A stretch of DNA of 64,000 nucleotides from Camelus ferus (Eukaryota), in contig NC_045697.1 in NCBI RefSeq assembly GCF_009834535.1, positions 25,484,001-25,548,000 of the forward strand, written 5' to 3'. This document shows positions 1-13,694 of the stretch, piece after piece. A program made the position numbers and the translations under genes. Each line of letters begins with the position of its first letter. Position 1 is the first letter of the stretch. The notes beneath the pieces are model-generated. The model did not search any database. It saw only the letters and a program-made list of their open reading frames with translations, and was not told where the DNA came from.

Positions 1-859
1 CTGCAGTTCTTACAGAAGTCCATTTCAAAACACCCTGGGCAAAGGAAAGGAGGAATTATTGAATTACATAATTAAAAAGTTTCCTTCCTAGGTATATGTT
101 TGTACCAAAGTGAAGGAAGAGCTCTGACTAGCAGAACCTGAGATATAGGTCTTTCCCTGCTGTGGATCAAGGATGGTGACATCACAGGGACTACAAGTAT
201 TGCTTCCCCACAGGAAAGACATATTTATCCACGAGTAAGGGGATTAACTAAAGTTATAATCATTCCATTCCACTTCCAGACTCATTTTATATCATCCTAG
301 CAATTTTTCAGTAGTAGTTAATATTCATCATGAGATATGATAACTAAGGTTAAACTTCATCTTTCCAAAAGAGCTACATGAATACCAAAACCTTCCTATA
401 GATTTATTTAAGTCCTAAAGATAATCGAGTTATTCATTTCTTTCCAAATATATCTGACTGATACACTCCCACAGGTTAATAGACCTCAGTTTGTGTTAAC
501 AGACACCTTGTTTGTTCCTTCTTTTGGCAGAAAATCTATAGTTTTTATTGTAAAAGTAAAATACATACACTGTATATATTGAGCCATAAGTATCAATATT
601 AGGTGAGCTAAATGGCTATGAAATAATTTTTTAAAAGGGTGGTTGAGGACAATTAATTTTACCAAAGGACTTTCAGGTATTATTATGCAATTTGGTTAAT
701 TTTACATTGATAATTAAAAACGTTCCTAATAATTTCATGATTGTCTTCCTAAGATTGGTTAATTTGGTAATAGTGAATTATCCTTTAAATTAAAATTTTA
801 AGAATGAATCAGTGGGATATTTGCCAGTGAATTTTAGAGGAGACAAGCATAAGCAAATG

Positions 860-960
860 CCTTCCAACCATGGACACATACAATACAATGAAGATGTAGA
901 GTGAGAGTTATTAAATAATCAAGAACTGACTGATGAACAATTGATAATAATGTAAGGTGA
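860..960 (+). mobile_element. Possible TcMar-Tigger/pogo DNA transposon fossil
   Basis: 887-949 translates NEDVE*ELLNNQELTDEQLII, resembling the acidic C-terminal segment of Tigger/pogo transposases; no TIRs identified. Confidence 0.3.
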
Positions 961-2259
961 ATCTAAAAATATAGGAAATACTACCTTTAAACACATTTTG
1001 ATGTGATTTTAAAGTTTAATCAGTTTAATCATGCAATTCAGTCCTTATTTTTATAGTTTCTTCCATATAATTTTTAGAACTCATAGCTTACCAATGATAA
1101 CTTTCAATTTACTATTAGTCTTTAATAGACCAAAAGTTATAGGTACTTATTATGCAGAAAAATAATTAAAACCTATGATTTAAATGGACTAAAAGAGACT
1201 TCTCAGAGCAAAATGATGTTATACATAATTATGTAAACTAAATTAAATAACATGTAGCCTCCGAATTTGTAGCAGACACAAATTACTACAAAGAGAAACT
1301 ATGAATTTCAATTTATGCTATCATTCAAAATCTCCTAGGTAAAGTTTACAGGCTAAAAGAGTAGTTAATGTAATTAAATATGCCAGAATGTTCGGTAATG
1401 AGGCCAGAGATCAAAACTAATCATATGAATTATGAACAGAAAAGAACCTGGAGGGCTATGATGATACTGAATATAAAGAATTAAAACTAAAATTACGTAA
1501 ACTGTGGTTTCCAGAATCAAGGAAAATAAGATGAGAAAAAGAAAAATATATGTAGTCATTCTCCAGCCATTGATACATTTTAATTCTTTCTTATATATTT
1601 TATTCACTCAACTAACTCTTATTTTTATTGTGCACTATTATATGTACCCCAAGTAACTAAAACACTTAATGAACCAGATCCTGTAGCTTGAACCAGAAAG
1701 TCAAGAAACTCAAGGGAACTGTAACTCAACCCAAGTTTTCCTAGAACGAATGTGTAAAAATTGTAATAGGTTTCTTACTTTATTTTCCACCAAGCTAATG
1801 TTTTTAAGAACTCTTCCATGCCCATCTCAAGTCTTTAAGTCCCTTGTAAGCAGATGTCACATTTTCCCTCACTAATCAGGGAGTTTTCCCTTCATTTGCT
1901 TCTACTTTTTCTTCATACCTGATTTGGGGGTTATCTCCTATATCAATATCATGTAACTAGATTATTTTATATTAATAACTCCTATAAATTGCATCATTGT
2001 GAAGGAAGTGGTGGTATTTGTCTGAGCTCCCTGAATGCTGTATGTGGTATGATCACAATTTATTAAAAACCGGGCTGTCAATGATTTCCATCTGAGGACG
2101 TCATTGGAAAGGGGCTTTCTGAATAGACATGGTTTGTTTGCCAATCCAAAACATCCGATTTAATATAGAGTATCTTCTCTAAATAATATTAGTGGAGGGG
2201 AGTGTTGACCACTGCTAGGGATTATAATAATATTTACTGAGAAAATACTCTGTCCTGTT

Positions 2260-2385
2260 TTTCACATAGACAGTTACGTTTAATGCCCCCAAATAACTAA
2301 GCAAAATGCTTTCATTATGTTAATTTTCCAAATGTGAACTGTGAGGCTAAGAGTTTGAGAAACTTGACTTGGAGAGAGGTGAAGG
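2260..2385 (-). mobile_element. MIR SINE fragment
   Basis: Diverged reverse-complement MIR core (ttttccaaatgtgaactgtgaggctaagagtttgagaaacttg). Confidence 0.55.
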
Positions 2386-4616
2386 CCTTGGAGGCCTGTG
2401 GTGCTTGTGTGACGGTTGAGGGGCTAAGGGTGATCAGATCATTCCATTTTCATCAATGTGTATAGTCTTTCTATGCAACTGTTAGCATTGATCTAAAGTA
2501 TCTAAAATCATTTGGGTGAATGTAAGTGTTCTTATGATGGGTCTGAATTGGAATTTTACCTCAGTCTAAAATTCCTCACAGCTAGTAGGAAAATAAAAGG
2601 ACTTGCTCACCACCGTTTTGATCAACGTAATATTCTAGAATTAGAGGAACTGCAATATCATATTACAGGAGGCCACTACTTTCCTATGTTTTTAATCAAC
2701 TCCCATTTGCAAACAATGTTGCCCTTCGTTTCCATGAGCACTCAGGTTTCCTGGGTCATGTCCTCGCCCTACATATCACTTCAATTTTACATGGGTTAGC
2801 AAAGAGCATTCTCCTAAACGTTAGGAAATAGCTGCATCATATTCATATTTTTTCTTGTCTGGTTAATATGATATGAATTGTTCACCTTTCAAAATGTTTT
2901 ATGAGTCTATAAGCCTTTGACCTTTTTATTACATTTTTATTATTACACCATCTAGTACAATTAGATGTCCAGCTGTCAATGATCTTCCTCAGTCTAGTCG
3001 TAAATCTTGCCCTGTTGAATTCTTCCTGTTCCTGCTAACCTAGCACGGGAACCGATTCATAGATATTCATTTTCTTCTGAGCACTTATCAATACTTTTCA
3101 GATTCTCAGTCCTTTCATGAATTAAGATTTCCTTAAAATTCTATTTCCTTTGGTGTCAAAATGGTGATCAATTATCTAGTTCATTTTTCCCCTTCAATTT
3201 CTGGACTTAAGGATTTTATTATTTCTCTTTCTGATATTTCAATCAAAGACTGAAATCATTCAATTTTAGGGTAATCTATTTTGGATATTGAAAAAGTGTA
3301 ACTTGTCCAATTTTCTATGAAGAAGGATTATTTTTGCGTTTGAGCAATTTCCTCTCTTGCTTTAACTCATCTGCTTAGTACCTTGCCTTGGTGCAGTTGC
3401 TAGTCACTATTTTTCCCCTGTCTAGTGCCTACAGGAATGCTGGAATTCTGTTTTGTTTTGTTTTTCTTTCCTCAGGTTCCTTAATTTTACCACAATCATT
3501 AGGGAAAAAGCATTTTGTAATATTCAATTTAGGTATTATAAGATATTATATATATTTAGATATTATAAATTATATATTCTTTGTTTTGATAGAAACAGTA
3601 TATATAATATCTGGTTGGGCATTATTTTGTGCAGTCACAACCAACTGCAGTTTTCAGTAGACATCTTACTTCTTTATGGCTCAGTGATTCTAGTTAAACT
3701 TGGTCTAAAACTACTTAATGGCTCTATATTTCATAATCCTTGAAAGCCTGGGCTCAACTCACCTTTCCAACATTCCTATCCCAAATATTTTCTTATACAC
3801 TCTAGGATCTTCTCCTCCATGAGTTGAGCCACATCATTGTCTCAGCCTGAAATGTAACCCTCTAAAAGTTTTGGGAGAGGAAATTCTGCTAACAAATTTT
3901 AATTGCATATATATTTACTAAAGGAAGTAGTTTCTTACTGCCTTACTATCTTGTGGTGGCTGAGCTTCCACTGTGGGTGTATTATCTAATAACAGACTCT
4001 GTAACAGAATCTATGTTTTTTACTATAGCTGACAGTGTACACGTCTGTCTTCCCAAGAGATTTCAAGTTATCTGTAAATATAGTCTCTCTCTTGATCATC
4101 TTGTTTTTCATAGGATAATTCATTGGTAGTTCGCATAGCAAGTATTCCATAGAAGCTGAGGTAATAGACATACAGTAGATAATTCCCAGGTAAATTCAAC
4201 ACTTTGGGCAAATAAGAGATTCCTGATCTGTTTTTGAATAGCCTAGTTTGTGATCATATGCTTTGATATGGAAATGATACCAAACTACCTATAACAGTTG
4301 ATCTAGAATGTTTCATTGATTAGATTTATTTGTACATTCCTAGAACTACCTGAGCTGTTCTTAAGGTCAGTAGGTATTTGTCATGAAACTTCATGAGTAT
4401 ATTTTTGTTATTAATTCAGTGGGCCTGCTGAACATTTCTCCTTGTTTGAAGAACTTGCCAGTTATACCATATAGTCTTGTTCTTTTCTCTATTCTCTTCC
4501 CGATGGAGTGGTTAGAGTCAGAAGTGTGAAATGCACTGGTATGCCACACACTAATCTTAATCTAGTTCTTTTTCTTTTTTAATTGATTAAAAGGAACGAA
4601 CCAAGGTGGTGCCAGT

Positions 4617-4770
4617 GAGGTGGGTATAGCTCAAGTGGTAGAGGGCATGCTTAGCATGCACAAGGTCCTGGGTTCAATCCCCACTATCTCCATTTTAAAA
4701 AAAAACTATAATAAATAAATAGACCTAATGGCATCCTCCACCCCCAAAAAATAAAATAATAAATAAATAC
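4617..4770 (+). mobile_element. tRNA-derived SINE, Vic-1-like (camelid)
   Basis: gggtatagctcaagtggtagag (A box)...ttagcatgcacaaggtcctgggttcaatcccc (B box), then an A-rich tail with aataaa repeats; degenerate flanking repeat ttaaaaggaacgaaccaag / ttaaaagaagcagaacctag. Confidence 0.88.
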
Positions 4771-6329
4771 TTCTTTAAAAGAAGCAGAACCTAGTTCTAT
4801 GAGGAGCAAACAATATTACCCCTGCTGTTCATTCTTGTCTTAATAGTTTTAGGACTGTGTGAGTCAGCTATGGAGTGGAAGAGGGCTGATTGAATATTAA
4901 ATGTAAAACGTAAACCTCTCATTCATTTCCTCTAGTTGTATTTCCCCATAACACAAGACAATCAAGAAATACATTGGACTTCGGAGGGCAGTTTAAAAGA
5001 AGTATGAGGAAGATTTAGTTAGTTAAATTTTGTGAAGGTCAAATTCTGCACAATGTTGTGCAAATTGTACCCCAATTTGTTTTGATGGATTGCACTTGAC
5101 AATTAATTAGAACCTATGAATAAACATTGAAAGGTAGATTTCATTAAAGAAAACGTGGTTCAGCCCTAAAAGCTCTATGCTTTTAGAATAATAACATTGA
5201 TTACAATAGTTCCCAGACACTTAACTCACAAAATATTTCACAAAAGTTCAATATAAACACATCGTATTTTAAGTTCTTTATGATGGCTTTTAGATTAAGT
5301 TTAAACTGAATAGATATATGTATATCTATATATGTGAATGTATATGTATTTTCATATGTGTGTATATAGATACAGATATTTATTTATATTTCTTTTCAAC
5401 CCATTTCTCAATTCTTTGGTTTCCTTACCTCCCATAGTATCTTCCTTTATTCTACTTCCACATTTCACTTCCATAGTTATGCTAAATTTACTATCACTAC
5501 TAACTACACCATCACTTAAGATTGGACTTTAATCACTATGCCACTAGCCTGCTACTCTCAAGCTTTTACTCTAGGGTCCCTCATTCCATTTTTTTTTTAA
5601 TTTTTTCAAGTCTTCCAGTCTATTAATCTTGAGACTTTTATAAAAACCAACAAAAAAATAACAACAATGACAAAAATGATAGCTTCTCTCATTTAAAAAT
5701 CTGTAAGTGCACAATTGCAAGTGAGCACTGAAGAACAAGGAATTAAAACTGTTGGCCTGTGATTGTTTGACTTCCTTGGGGAGGTCGGGAAACTGCCTTG
5801 AGTCAAGGGAAGAAAAGAGCATGGATCTAGGCTAACATCCTTGTTAACTGCACCTCCAGCAAAATAAACTACGGATATTTATTAGAAGGAAGGACCATAT
5901 CAATAGGATGTTCCCTGCCTAAAGTATATCTTATACTAAATAAACCTCTGAATCTCTGAGATATGGCTCACTGGATAAAGTCACTTAAGCCATGCAATTT
6001 TAATAGAAAACAGATATGTTTCATTACCTAAAATTCTGCCTGTGGTGTGAGGTGACTTACAGACCTAATTAAAAACCTCCTTTATTATTCTGGGCCAGAG
6101 AGTACGTGTCCTGATATGGGAAGACAGAACTTCAGTAGCTGTCCACAATATCCCAGATCTCTCTCTAGTTCTTCCGACCCTCTGAAATGACTGATGACTT
6201 AAAATTATTAGCAGATCTTGATCTCTGATTCAGGTAATTCTGGTTATGTGATCCTCTGATTTGGCTCATACACTCAATGCTTTACAGGAATCTTCCTTCA
6301 CTTCAATGAGTATGCTTGCTTTCTTACTT

Positions 6330-7760
6330 TCCAGAAACAACCATTTTGCACCTTCTCTTCCCTCTTTAAACTTCTAACCCACCAAAGGAAGCTGAAGGCT
6401 TTACTTTACACTTGTTTACAAGAGCTGAGATGTAGTCAAGTGGGAGTTCCATAATCCTCCACATTCAAATTCACCAGCTCACCTGCAGGGGAACTTCACC
6501 CTCTCCTCTTCCTCTCTAAGACGAGTAACACGTCCTTGAACTAGTGTAAGGCTGACTCCTCTTTGTACCCCAGATTCACTATATTCCAGTCACTTTAGAA
6601 TTTTGCTCTGTTAATTATTCTCTCTCTTCTACATCATCAAAATTAACTCTTCCTGCTTGTTCATTTCCATTAGCTAACAACATGGTCTATTATTTTCTTT
6701 GGCTGTTCTACCATGTACTATATGACCTCTCTTGATTTGCTGCTAAGAAGATTTCTGCTCCTGTTCCACACTACCCACTGAAGGAGTTGTCCCAACCAAC
6801 TCCCTGTAATCTACCTCCAAGCCACCCCTTAATCCAGAGCAATCAGACCTCTCACCACACCACTCCACATCGATCACTAAAATTCAAGCTGTAAACTATC
6901 CTCTATGCTGTTGCTTCTTGACCTTTTAATAGTGCCTTACAGAATTGATCTTCCCTGTCTCTTTGAAAAACTTCTTTCCTTTGCCTTTTGTGACAATACA
7001 GTCTGTTTTCTGTCTGGACCACTCTGTCCCTTTTTTGTTTCTTTTACTGAATATGTTTTCTGCTTAATCTTAAAATGTGGAGTACCCCAAATCTTGTGCC
7101 CTCTTCTTTTCTGTGCTTTTTTTCTCCAGAGCTTTCATTCACTGCAGTCAACAAAATTCACATGATAAATATGAAGATGATTTTACTCCTAAGCTGTGTC
7201 CACACTTGTATTTCAATAGCTGATTTATTTCCACTTGAATATTTGTTAAACAATGACATGTTTTGTTTATCTAAAATAAGATTGTTGTTGTTGACTCCCA
7301 GTTGGTTCCTTTCTCTTCCCAGTAGTCTTTACCAGTAGTCACTCAACTGCTCAAGCTGGCATCTGTAATCCCTCTCTTTCTCCCACCAAAGCCTTTGCTC
7401 ATGCAGTACAGTTCTCTTTGCTGTGAAATCTGACTCACCCCTCGCCCGAACCCTAGATTAGCTGGGGACTCCATCTCATCATTAACTTCTTAATTTGTAT
7501 GTTAACTCTGTTGAGTGTTTTTTCCTGATACCTCTTTCTCCCGTAAGTCTCCTTTCTCGAGTTATAACTTCTTAAATGATGTCATTTTATTTTCTTAAGT
7601 AATTATCATCATTGAAATTAGCTTGTATTGATTACCGTATGTATTTTCTCTTTCCTTACTAAAATAGGAGAAGCACTAGAGAAGGGGCCTTGTCTGTTTT
7701 GTTCAGGGATATTGTCTGACACATACCTGGTATATAAAAATCACTTTGTAATGAAATGAT
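6330..7760 (+). mobile_element. L2 LINE, 3' part, highly diverged
   Basis: Pyrimidine-rich L2 body ending in a recognisable L2 3' end (ggggccttgtctgttttgttcag...acatacctggtatata). Confidence 0.7.
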
Positions 7761-7809
7761 ACATTGCCAAAAAAAATCTAAGTTTGATTTACAGGTCCAC
7801 CAATCAGTA

Positions 7810-7960
7810 GGTTCATAACCTTCTACAAGTTACTTAATCATTGTGAACTTGTTTTCTTATCTGCCAAAATAAACATATTAATACAACTTAGCAGCATATT
7901 TACAGAATGCACAATATAGTGCCAAGCACGATGTCTTTTACCTATAAATCACGCACGTAT
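7810..7960 (+). mobile_element. MIR SINE fragment
   Basis: caagttacttaatc...ttttcttatctgccaaaat resembles the MIR core. Confidence 0.55.
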
Positions 7961-8039
7961 TTCATTTCCTTCCCCTCTCCCTTAGGCAAAGTGGCATAAT
8001 GTAAATCACCTACTTGAAATATGGATGTAAGTAACTTAG

Positions 8040-8278
8040 ATTATTAGCTTACATTTAGAGACCTGTGTGAGGCACTGTTGTAAGTGCTTGTCACACATTA
8101 ACACATACGTTCTTTGTAATAACCCTATGACATAGATCCTATTTTTATCTCCACTTTACGGATTAAATTTGAAGTTTGACTATTATTGAAGTTGGCTTAG
8201 CTTTTAAGTGATAGGAGTAGGTTTCCATTTGAGCAGTTTGGTTCTACAGAAGGTGTTCTTACCTTCCATGATATATAT
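8040..8278 (-). mobile_element. MIR SINE, near full length
   Basis: aggcactgttgtaagtgctt...taaccctatga...tatctccactttacggat, reverse-complement MIR. Confidence 0.7.
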
Positions 8279-9409
8279 ACTACTTCTATTTAAACACAAT
8301 AATGTCTGTGCCTCTTCATGCTCAGAGTGTGTGTGTGTGTGTGTTTGAAAATGTGTATGTTTGTAAGAGAAAGAAAGGATAAATAAGACTGAAAATTACC
8401 AAATTTGTCATTCATACATTTTAAACACATGGTTTCATTTTTATACTCCAAATTTTCCAAAAAAAAAAAAAATCACTATTTTATGATCCCTCTTATTTAC
8501 AAAGGGAATAAGACAAGTAGAAATAATAAAAATTTCCGGTACTGTGAATCAGAAGTCACCTGACCAGGTCTTGACATTAGATGCTGTATTCTTGTTTAAA
8601 TGCTCACATCATTAAACTGCACTTCATTTTATTACATGAGATGAAATTAAGTAGTGCCAAAACTTAGACACAACATCAAAAGATGTGGGGCATTCTGTCT
8701 TTAAAACTTTTTAAACTGTTTTAGACTGTGCTTTTTGGTACAAACTATAGGCTTTTTAAAACATCAAATTATTTTTTTTCTTATTGAAACAAAATAATAC
8801 CTAAATTGCCTAAGCAGTTTTATAGACATAAGTAAATGTGCAAAGGGCTTCCTGGGGTTGGAACTGTGGGATTCCCATTACAATCAGTGGGGATCATTGA
8901 CTTTAACGGGAATCATGTGGTGAGAGCCTCATGCAACACTTCACAAATTTGAATTGGGGCCTTTTGATTGAAAAAAAAAAAGAGTCATATTGTACTTTCA
9001 AAAATATACTGGGATTCTTTGTACTTTTTATGCATTCATTTCCTGGATTTACATCTTTTTTGGACAATTTTTAAATGAAAGAAAATATAAAAATTAATTT
9101 TGTCCCTTTTTCATTAGTGTATGTCTTTATAATCAATAAAGATAACAGTGTGGTAAAATCAATTCCTATTGAAACGGATTAGATATCTTGTCAAAAAATA
9201 GCACAGCATACTTTCCTCCCTGAAAGAAGTCACCCAATACAAAAAATAAACAAAAAATTATTCGTTTAATGAAACGGAGAAAGGTACAACATATAAATCA
9301 TGAGGTGAAGCTAAATCAGAATATCAGAATATACATTTTGATACATACATCTCACCAGCCTTATATAATGTTCTAGAACTAATTGATGTTCACTGAATGG
9401 TCCAACTAA

Positions 9410-10055
9410 TATAATAGCAAACATTTATGTAAGGCACACATCCAGCTCTGTGCTAGTTGTTTTAATTCCCATAGCAACTTTGTGAGAAGGGTTTTGTTTT
9501 GTTTTTAATACCTTTTGGCAGTGGAAGGAACTGAGGAATTTGCACGAGTTTCATGTTATACCATGTCTTCAGTTATGTTCCCCCAAAACAGGATCCAAGA
9601 TGAATCTTGTGCAAGGGTTTACAAAGTGGCCACAGGGTCAATCAGAAAGTGTGCAGAAGAAACAAGACAGGAAAGACAGAATGCCTAGTCAGGGTGAGCT
9701 CTTGGGCAGAGTCCCACAGACAGACATTTCAACTGGATTCTTCCATTCTCTCTAGTCATTCTTTTGGGACCATGGGGGATACACATTCCCAGCAATTTCT
9801 GGGTCTCTCTGGATATGAGCAAAGTAGGCTCGAGTTGCTTAACAGCTGCAATCTGCCTGTTGGAAAAAGAAAAAAAAAGTGTACTGAAGTGTGTGCTGGA
9901 GGGGAAGAGGGAGAGACAGAAAATGGTCATAGGGATCTAAGAAGATTTTACCAGAATACCAACATTACCAGCTAGGCATAGCCAGTAAGCTGCATTCCAT
10001 TCCCAGAGCCCAAAATCGAATTCAAAAAATTGAAAGTGCTAACGTCGCCCTACTT
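9410..10055 (-). mobile_element. MIR SINE split by a MaLR LTR
   Basis: MIR halves at about 9410-9563 and 9966-10055 flank the LTR. Confidence 0.5.
9564..9965. mobile_element. MaLR (MLT1-type) solo LTR
   Basis: Starts tgtcttcagttatgttccccc...aggatccaagatgaatcttgtgcaagggttta, typical of an MLT1 terminus; ends ...caaca; tacca occurs on both flanks. Confidence 0.6.
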
Positions 10056-10089
10056 CTAGTAATACAGACAGAGATTGTGTCTAGGCAAT

Positions 10090-10355
10090 TATAATTAATA
10101 TATAATTAATATTTTACTGTGTACTTGAAATTAGCTAAGAAAGTAGATCTTAAGTGTTCTCACCACAAATAAAAAGGTAATTATGTGAGGTGATAGATAT
10201 ATTAAGTAACTTATTAAATGATTATGGTAATCAATTTATAATGTGAATGTATATTAAACCATCCCATTGTACACCTTAAAAAAATCACATGTACAACCTA
10301 AATATATATACAATTTTTATTTGTCAATCATACCTCAATAAAGCTGGAAAAATAA
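10090..10355 (+). mobile_element. L1 3' end (L1MA-type)
   Basis: gtagatcttaagtgttctcaccac...tatgtgaggtgat...tgtacaccttaa...tacctcaataaagctggaaaaa. Confidence 0.85.
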
Positions 10356-10359
10356 TGAG

Positions 10360-11380
10360 AAACAATCAAATATATTTTTGGAATCTTTATGATGTTTCCT
10401 CTGTTTACATGATTATTCTTGTGCTAATGACACACTTTTACAATTACTAAAGTCTTACAATATCTCTTTATATCAGGTGGAGCTACTGATTCCCATTTGT
10501 TCTCAAGAACACTGGCTATTCTTGGTTTTTGTGAAGTTGTGTACAAAACTTAGAATTGACCTTTTCAATTCTTTCTGTTCACATGTGCGTTAAATAACGT
10601 CCATGAGATTTTTATTGGGATAATTTTGATTTCAAGAATCTGTTTGGAAATAATTAACATCATAATTATATTTAATTTCCCAAATCATATGTATATTGTA
10701 TTACTACATTTATTTAAATGCCTTATACTTTTCCTATTTATTATTCTTTATATTTTCCTCTGGACTATATTCCTAACAATTAATAAGTTTTGTATCTGTA
10801 TCTCATCTGCTGTTACAGTCATTCTTGAGTTCTTAATTTTGATTATTATGTATTTCAGTGTTAGAACTTCCACTTGATTCTCTTTTATAGCATCTATTTC
10901 TCTGCAAATATTTTCAATCTTGCCTTTTAACTCTGAACATAGCAGATATACTAAAACTTATTTAAAGAATGCCAATTACTGGACCCCTGTTTTTCTGTTT
11001 CTGTGGTCTGTTTCCTCCCTTGGGTTTCATTCATGCTATTTTATCTTCTTATATGCCCAGAATCTTTTATTGTGTGCCAGATACTGGGTTTGCATAGTTC
11101 TTTGTAGTAAATAATTTGATGCCTCTTCTTCCAGAAAGAATTCTATATGTGTTTATGGATTTTCCTTACCTCTCACGTGAAGCACTTCAGGGTCTTGACC
11201 CAGGGCGTCAGGTTTCACTGAGCGCCCTCTGCAGATGCCAACCTCTCTGGACCTTTTGTTTGTCCCTGGAACCTTGCCCAATAATTCCTCAATAAAGTCT
11301 TATTTCTTACATGCCTTCAAGCAAACTATTATTATTTATTCATTTTATGTAGTCATCTTTAACTGGAAACTTTAGATAAA
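10360..11380 (-). mobile_element. Old L1 (L1M) antisense fragments
   Basis: T-rich antisense L1 phrases (tggctattcttgg...ttagaattgac...gagatttttattggga). Confidence 0.55.
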
Positions 11381-11719
11381 ATTTGAAAAAGTAAATGTGA
11401 TATTTTGAATCTTTGAAGAAAATCATGTTGCTGGATCAGTAAGCTATCTATCAAAAAAAATTTTAAAGACTATTATTAAAAAATTAAAAATGATGCTATC
11501 TCCCACCTGTCTTCAACATATATTTCAAATGGAGCATAGATTTAAATTCAATTACAAAACCTTAATGCTAAAATGTTTTAGAAGAATACAAATATTATAC
11601 AAAGCTCAGATCTCTCATAAAAATCAAATATTTATAAAGTTCACTAGATACAAATTAAAATCTTTCATATGATTAAAATATAAAGCTACAAATGACTGGA
11701 GAAAATATCTACAAGACAT

Positions 11720-11999
11720 ACAAAACAGAAGCAGACTCACGGGTATAGAAAACAAACATGGTTCCCAAAGGGGATAAATTAGGAGTTAGGATTAGCAGAC
11801 ACAAGCTACTATACACAGAATAGATGAACAACAAGGTCCTAGGGAACAGCACAGGGAACTATATCCAAGGTCTTGCAATGCCTATAAATGAAAAAGAATA
11901 GGAAAGGAATGTATGCATACATACACAACTGAATCACTATGCTGTACACCAGAAACTAACGCAACATTGTAAATCAACTGTACTTCAATTTAAAAAAAA
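11720..11999 (+). mobile_element. L1 3' end, cetartiodactyl type
   Basis: aaacagaagcagactcac...gggataaattaggagtt...agcacagggaactatat...gctgtacaccagaaactaac...tacttcaatttaaaaaaa. Confidence 0.88.
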
Positions 12000-12250
12000 C
12001 ACATTACCAGCACTCAAGAAAATCCTCATTTTTGTTCCACTCAATCATTATACATTCTGTTTCTCCAAAGAAACTGATTCTAATTTCTAATACCATAGAT
12101 TAGCTTTGCCTGTTTTTTGGATATATATACACATAGACTCACATAATAAACATTGCTTTTTTTTAACCTATCTTTTATTCAACATGTGAAACTCATTCAA
12201 GCTGTATATAACTGCTGTTTCTTATTACCATTTATGTCTGGAGTGATGTT
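12000..12250 (-). mobile_element. L1ME-like 3' fragment
   Basis: acattaccagcac...ttctaataccatagattagctttgcctgtttt. Confidence 0.55.
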
Positions 12251-12449
12251 TGATTGAATTTGCTAATAAAATGTAGTGTTTGATAAATATTAATGAACTT
12301 TTGTTATAATGAACACAACAATTATAAAAATCTCCAAGTGTAAAGTTTTGAGAGTCGAAAATACATATGAAATGTTTTCTTCCTCACAAAGTGTATTTTA
12401 CTAAAGTAATAGATGAGAAATTTTAACAAGTTTATTTTCAAACAGCATT

Positions 12450-12725
12450 GAGAATTCCGCCTCTCTCTATAACGGAGTAAAATGAGATAGAATTAAAACA
12501 TAAACATCAGTATTGAGATACTGGACACCAGGTAATACAGGACATTAAATCTTAAGAGACTGGAAACAAGTAAGATGAGTCATATAATTGGCTGAGCCAG
12601 CTGCCTGGAGAGAGTGTCCAGGCTGCGGTACAGGGACCAGGAGCACCAAAAAGAACAGAGGTTCCGCTGAGTTGAGAACACCTGATTCAGAGCTCAGACA
12701 AACCCAGGCCTCTCTCTGCAGACAT
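12450..12725 (+). mobile_element. Old L1 5' UTR fragment
   Basis: cagctgcctggagagagtgtccaggctgcggtacaggga resembles L1M 5' regions. Confidence 0.45.
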
Positions 12726-12869
12726 CAGTTACAAAAAGAATCTTTGTGTAAATTTTAAACCTCTATTTAAGTTAGGTTTCCTTTTTTTTTCCCTCTAACA
12801 GAGTCTAGTCATTTTTTTTTTTTTCCCTTCATGTCATTTATCTTAGCCAAGAAATACTAGAATGTTTGC

Positions 12870-13010
12870 CTAATCATCTCACTCTCCAGGCTCTAAGTTC
12901 CGTGAAGGCAGGCGTTATTTTCATTTCGCCCGCTGCTGTATACCTGGTACCTAGAACCATGTGTGGACTCTAACAGGTTCTTGATGAATATTTGCTGAAT
13001 GAGTGAATAA
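12870..13010 (+). mobile_element. L2 3' end
   Basis: taagttccgtgaaggcagg...ctgctgtatacctggtacctagaac...aatatttgctgaatgagtgaat. Confidence 0.8.
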
Positions 13011-13321
13011 TTAAACTACTTAGACAACATCATGGTACTTTTTTATTCTGTCCTTGAAGTTCCCCTTCCCCATTCCTTGAGTACCTTAGTTGCTTTGCAT
13101 TGCTTATTAAAGGCAAAAACTTGGTGTGCCAGTTTGACTATCTCTAGTCCTGTCCTTGCCCATGAGTTTACATGCTGAATCAGCACTGTTGCTTTTACAG
13201 AATCAAAGAATCTTTGGCTACCACTCTGATTTCTAGCACCTTGACTGAACTACCCAGGAACCCATCTTTCCCCTGGGCTCTTCCCTTGCTTCAAGCAATG
13301 AAGGTCTCTTCTAACACTCAC

Positions 13322-13694
13322 TGTAGTGTTTTGACTTGATTTCTTAGCCAGAATGGGAAGTGAATGATATGAACATACATGCAAACACAAGGTGGACTAG
13401 ATCAGACTCTGTTTATTCAAGGAGATTAAGTACAAAAACTCCACAGACCTTTCAATTCAAGATGTGGATCTGTCTCTTCTTTCTCCATAGCTTTCTCATT
13501 TTTCATTCTTCTATGGATCAGGGAAGTCATGTTATTACTGTATTACTGGACATGGAACAGTCTTCTCAGGAGAATTTAAAAAGGTCATAAGGCTAAGATC
13601 TAAGTGTATACTCACCAGCCATTTCCCAAACGATGGTCTTCCATAGTGAATAACTGAGCCTAAGACACTATGCTTTACACCATTTGTCTCTACA
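13322..13694 (-). mobile_element. Possible ancient solo LTR
   Basis: tgtag...ctaca inverted termini and an internal tttatt; TSD poor (ctcac/ctcgg). Confidence 0.3.

Noticed and set aside
4620..4690. tRNA gene
   Set aside because: The acceptor stem is imperfect and it continues into a SINE A-rich tail; it is a SINE head.
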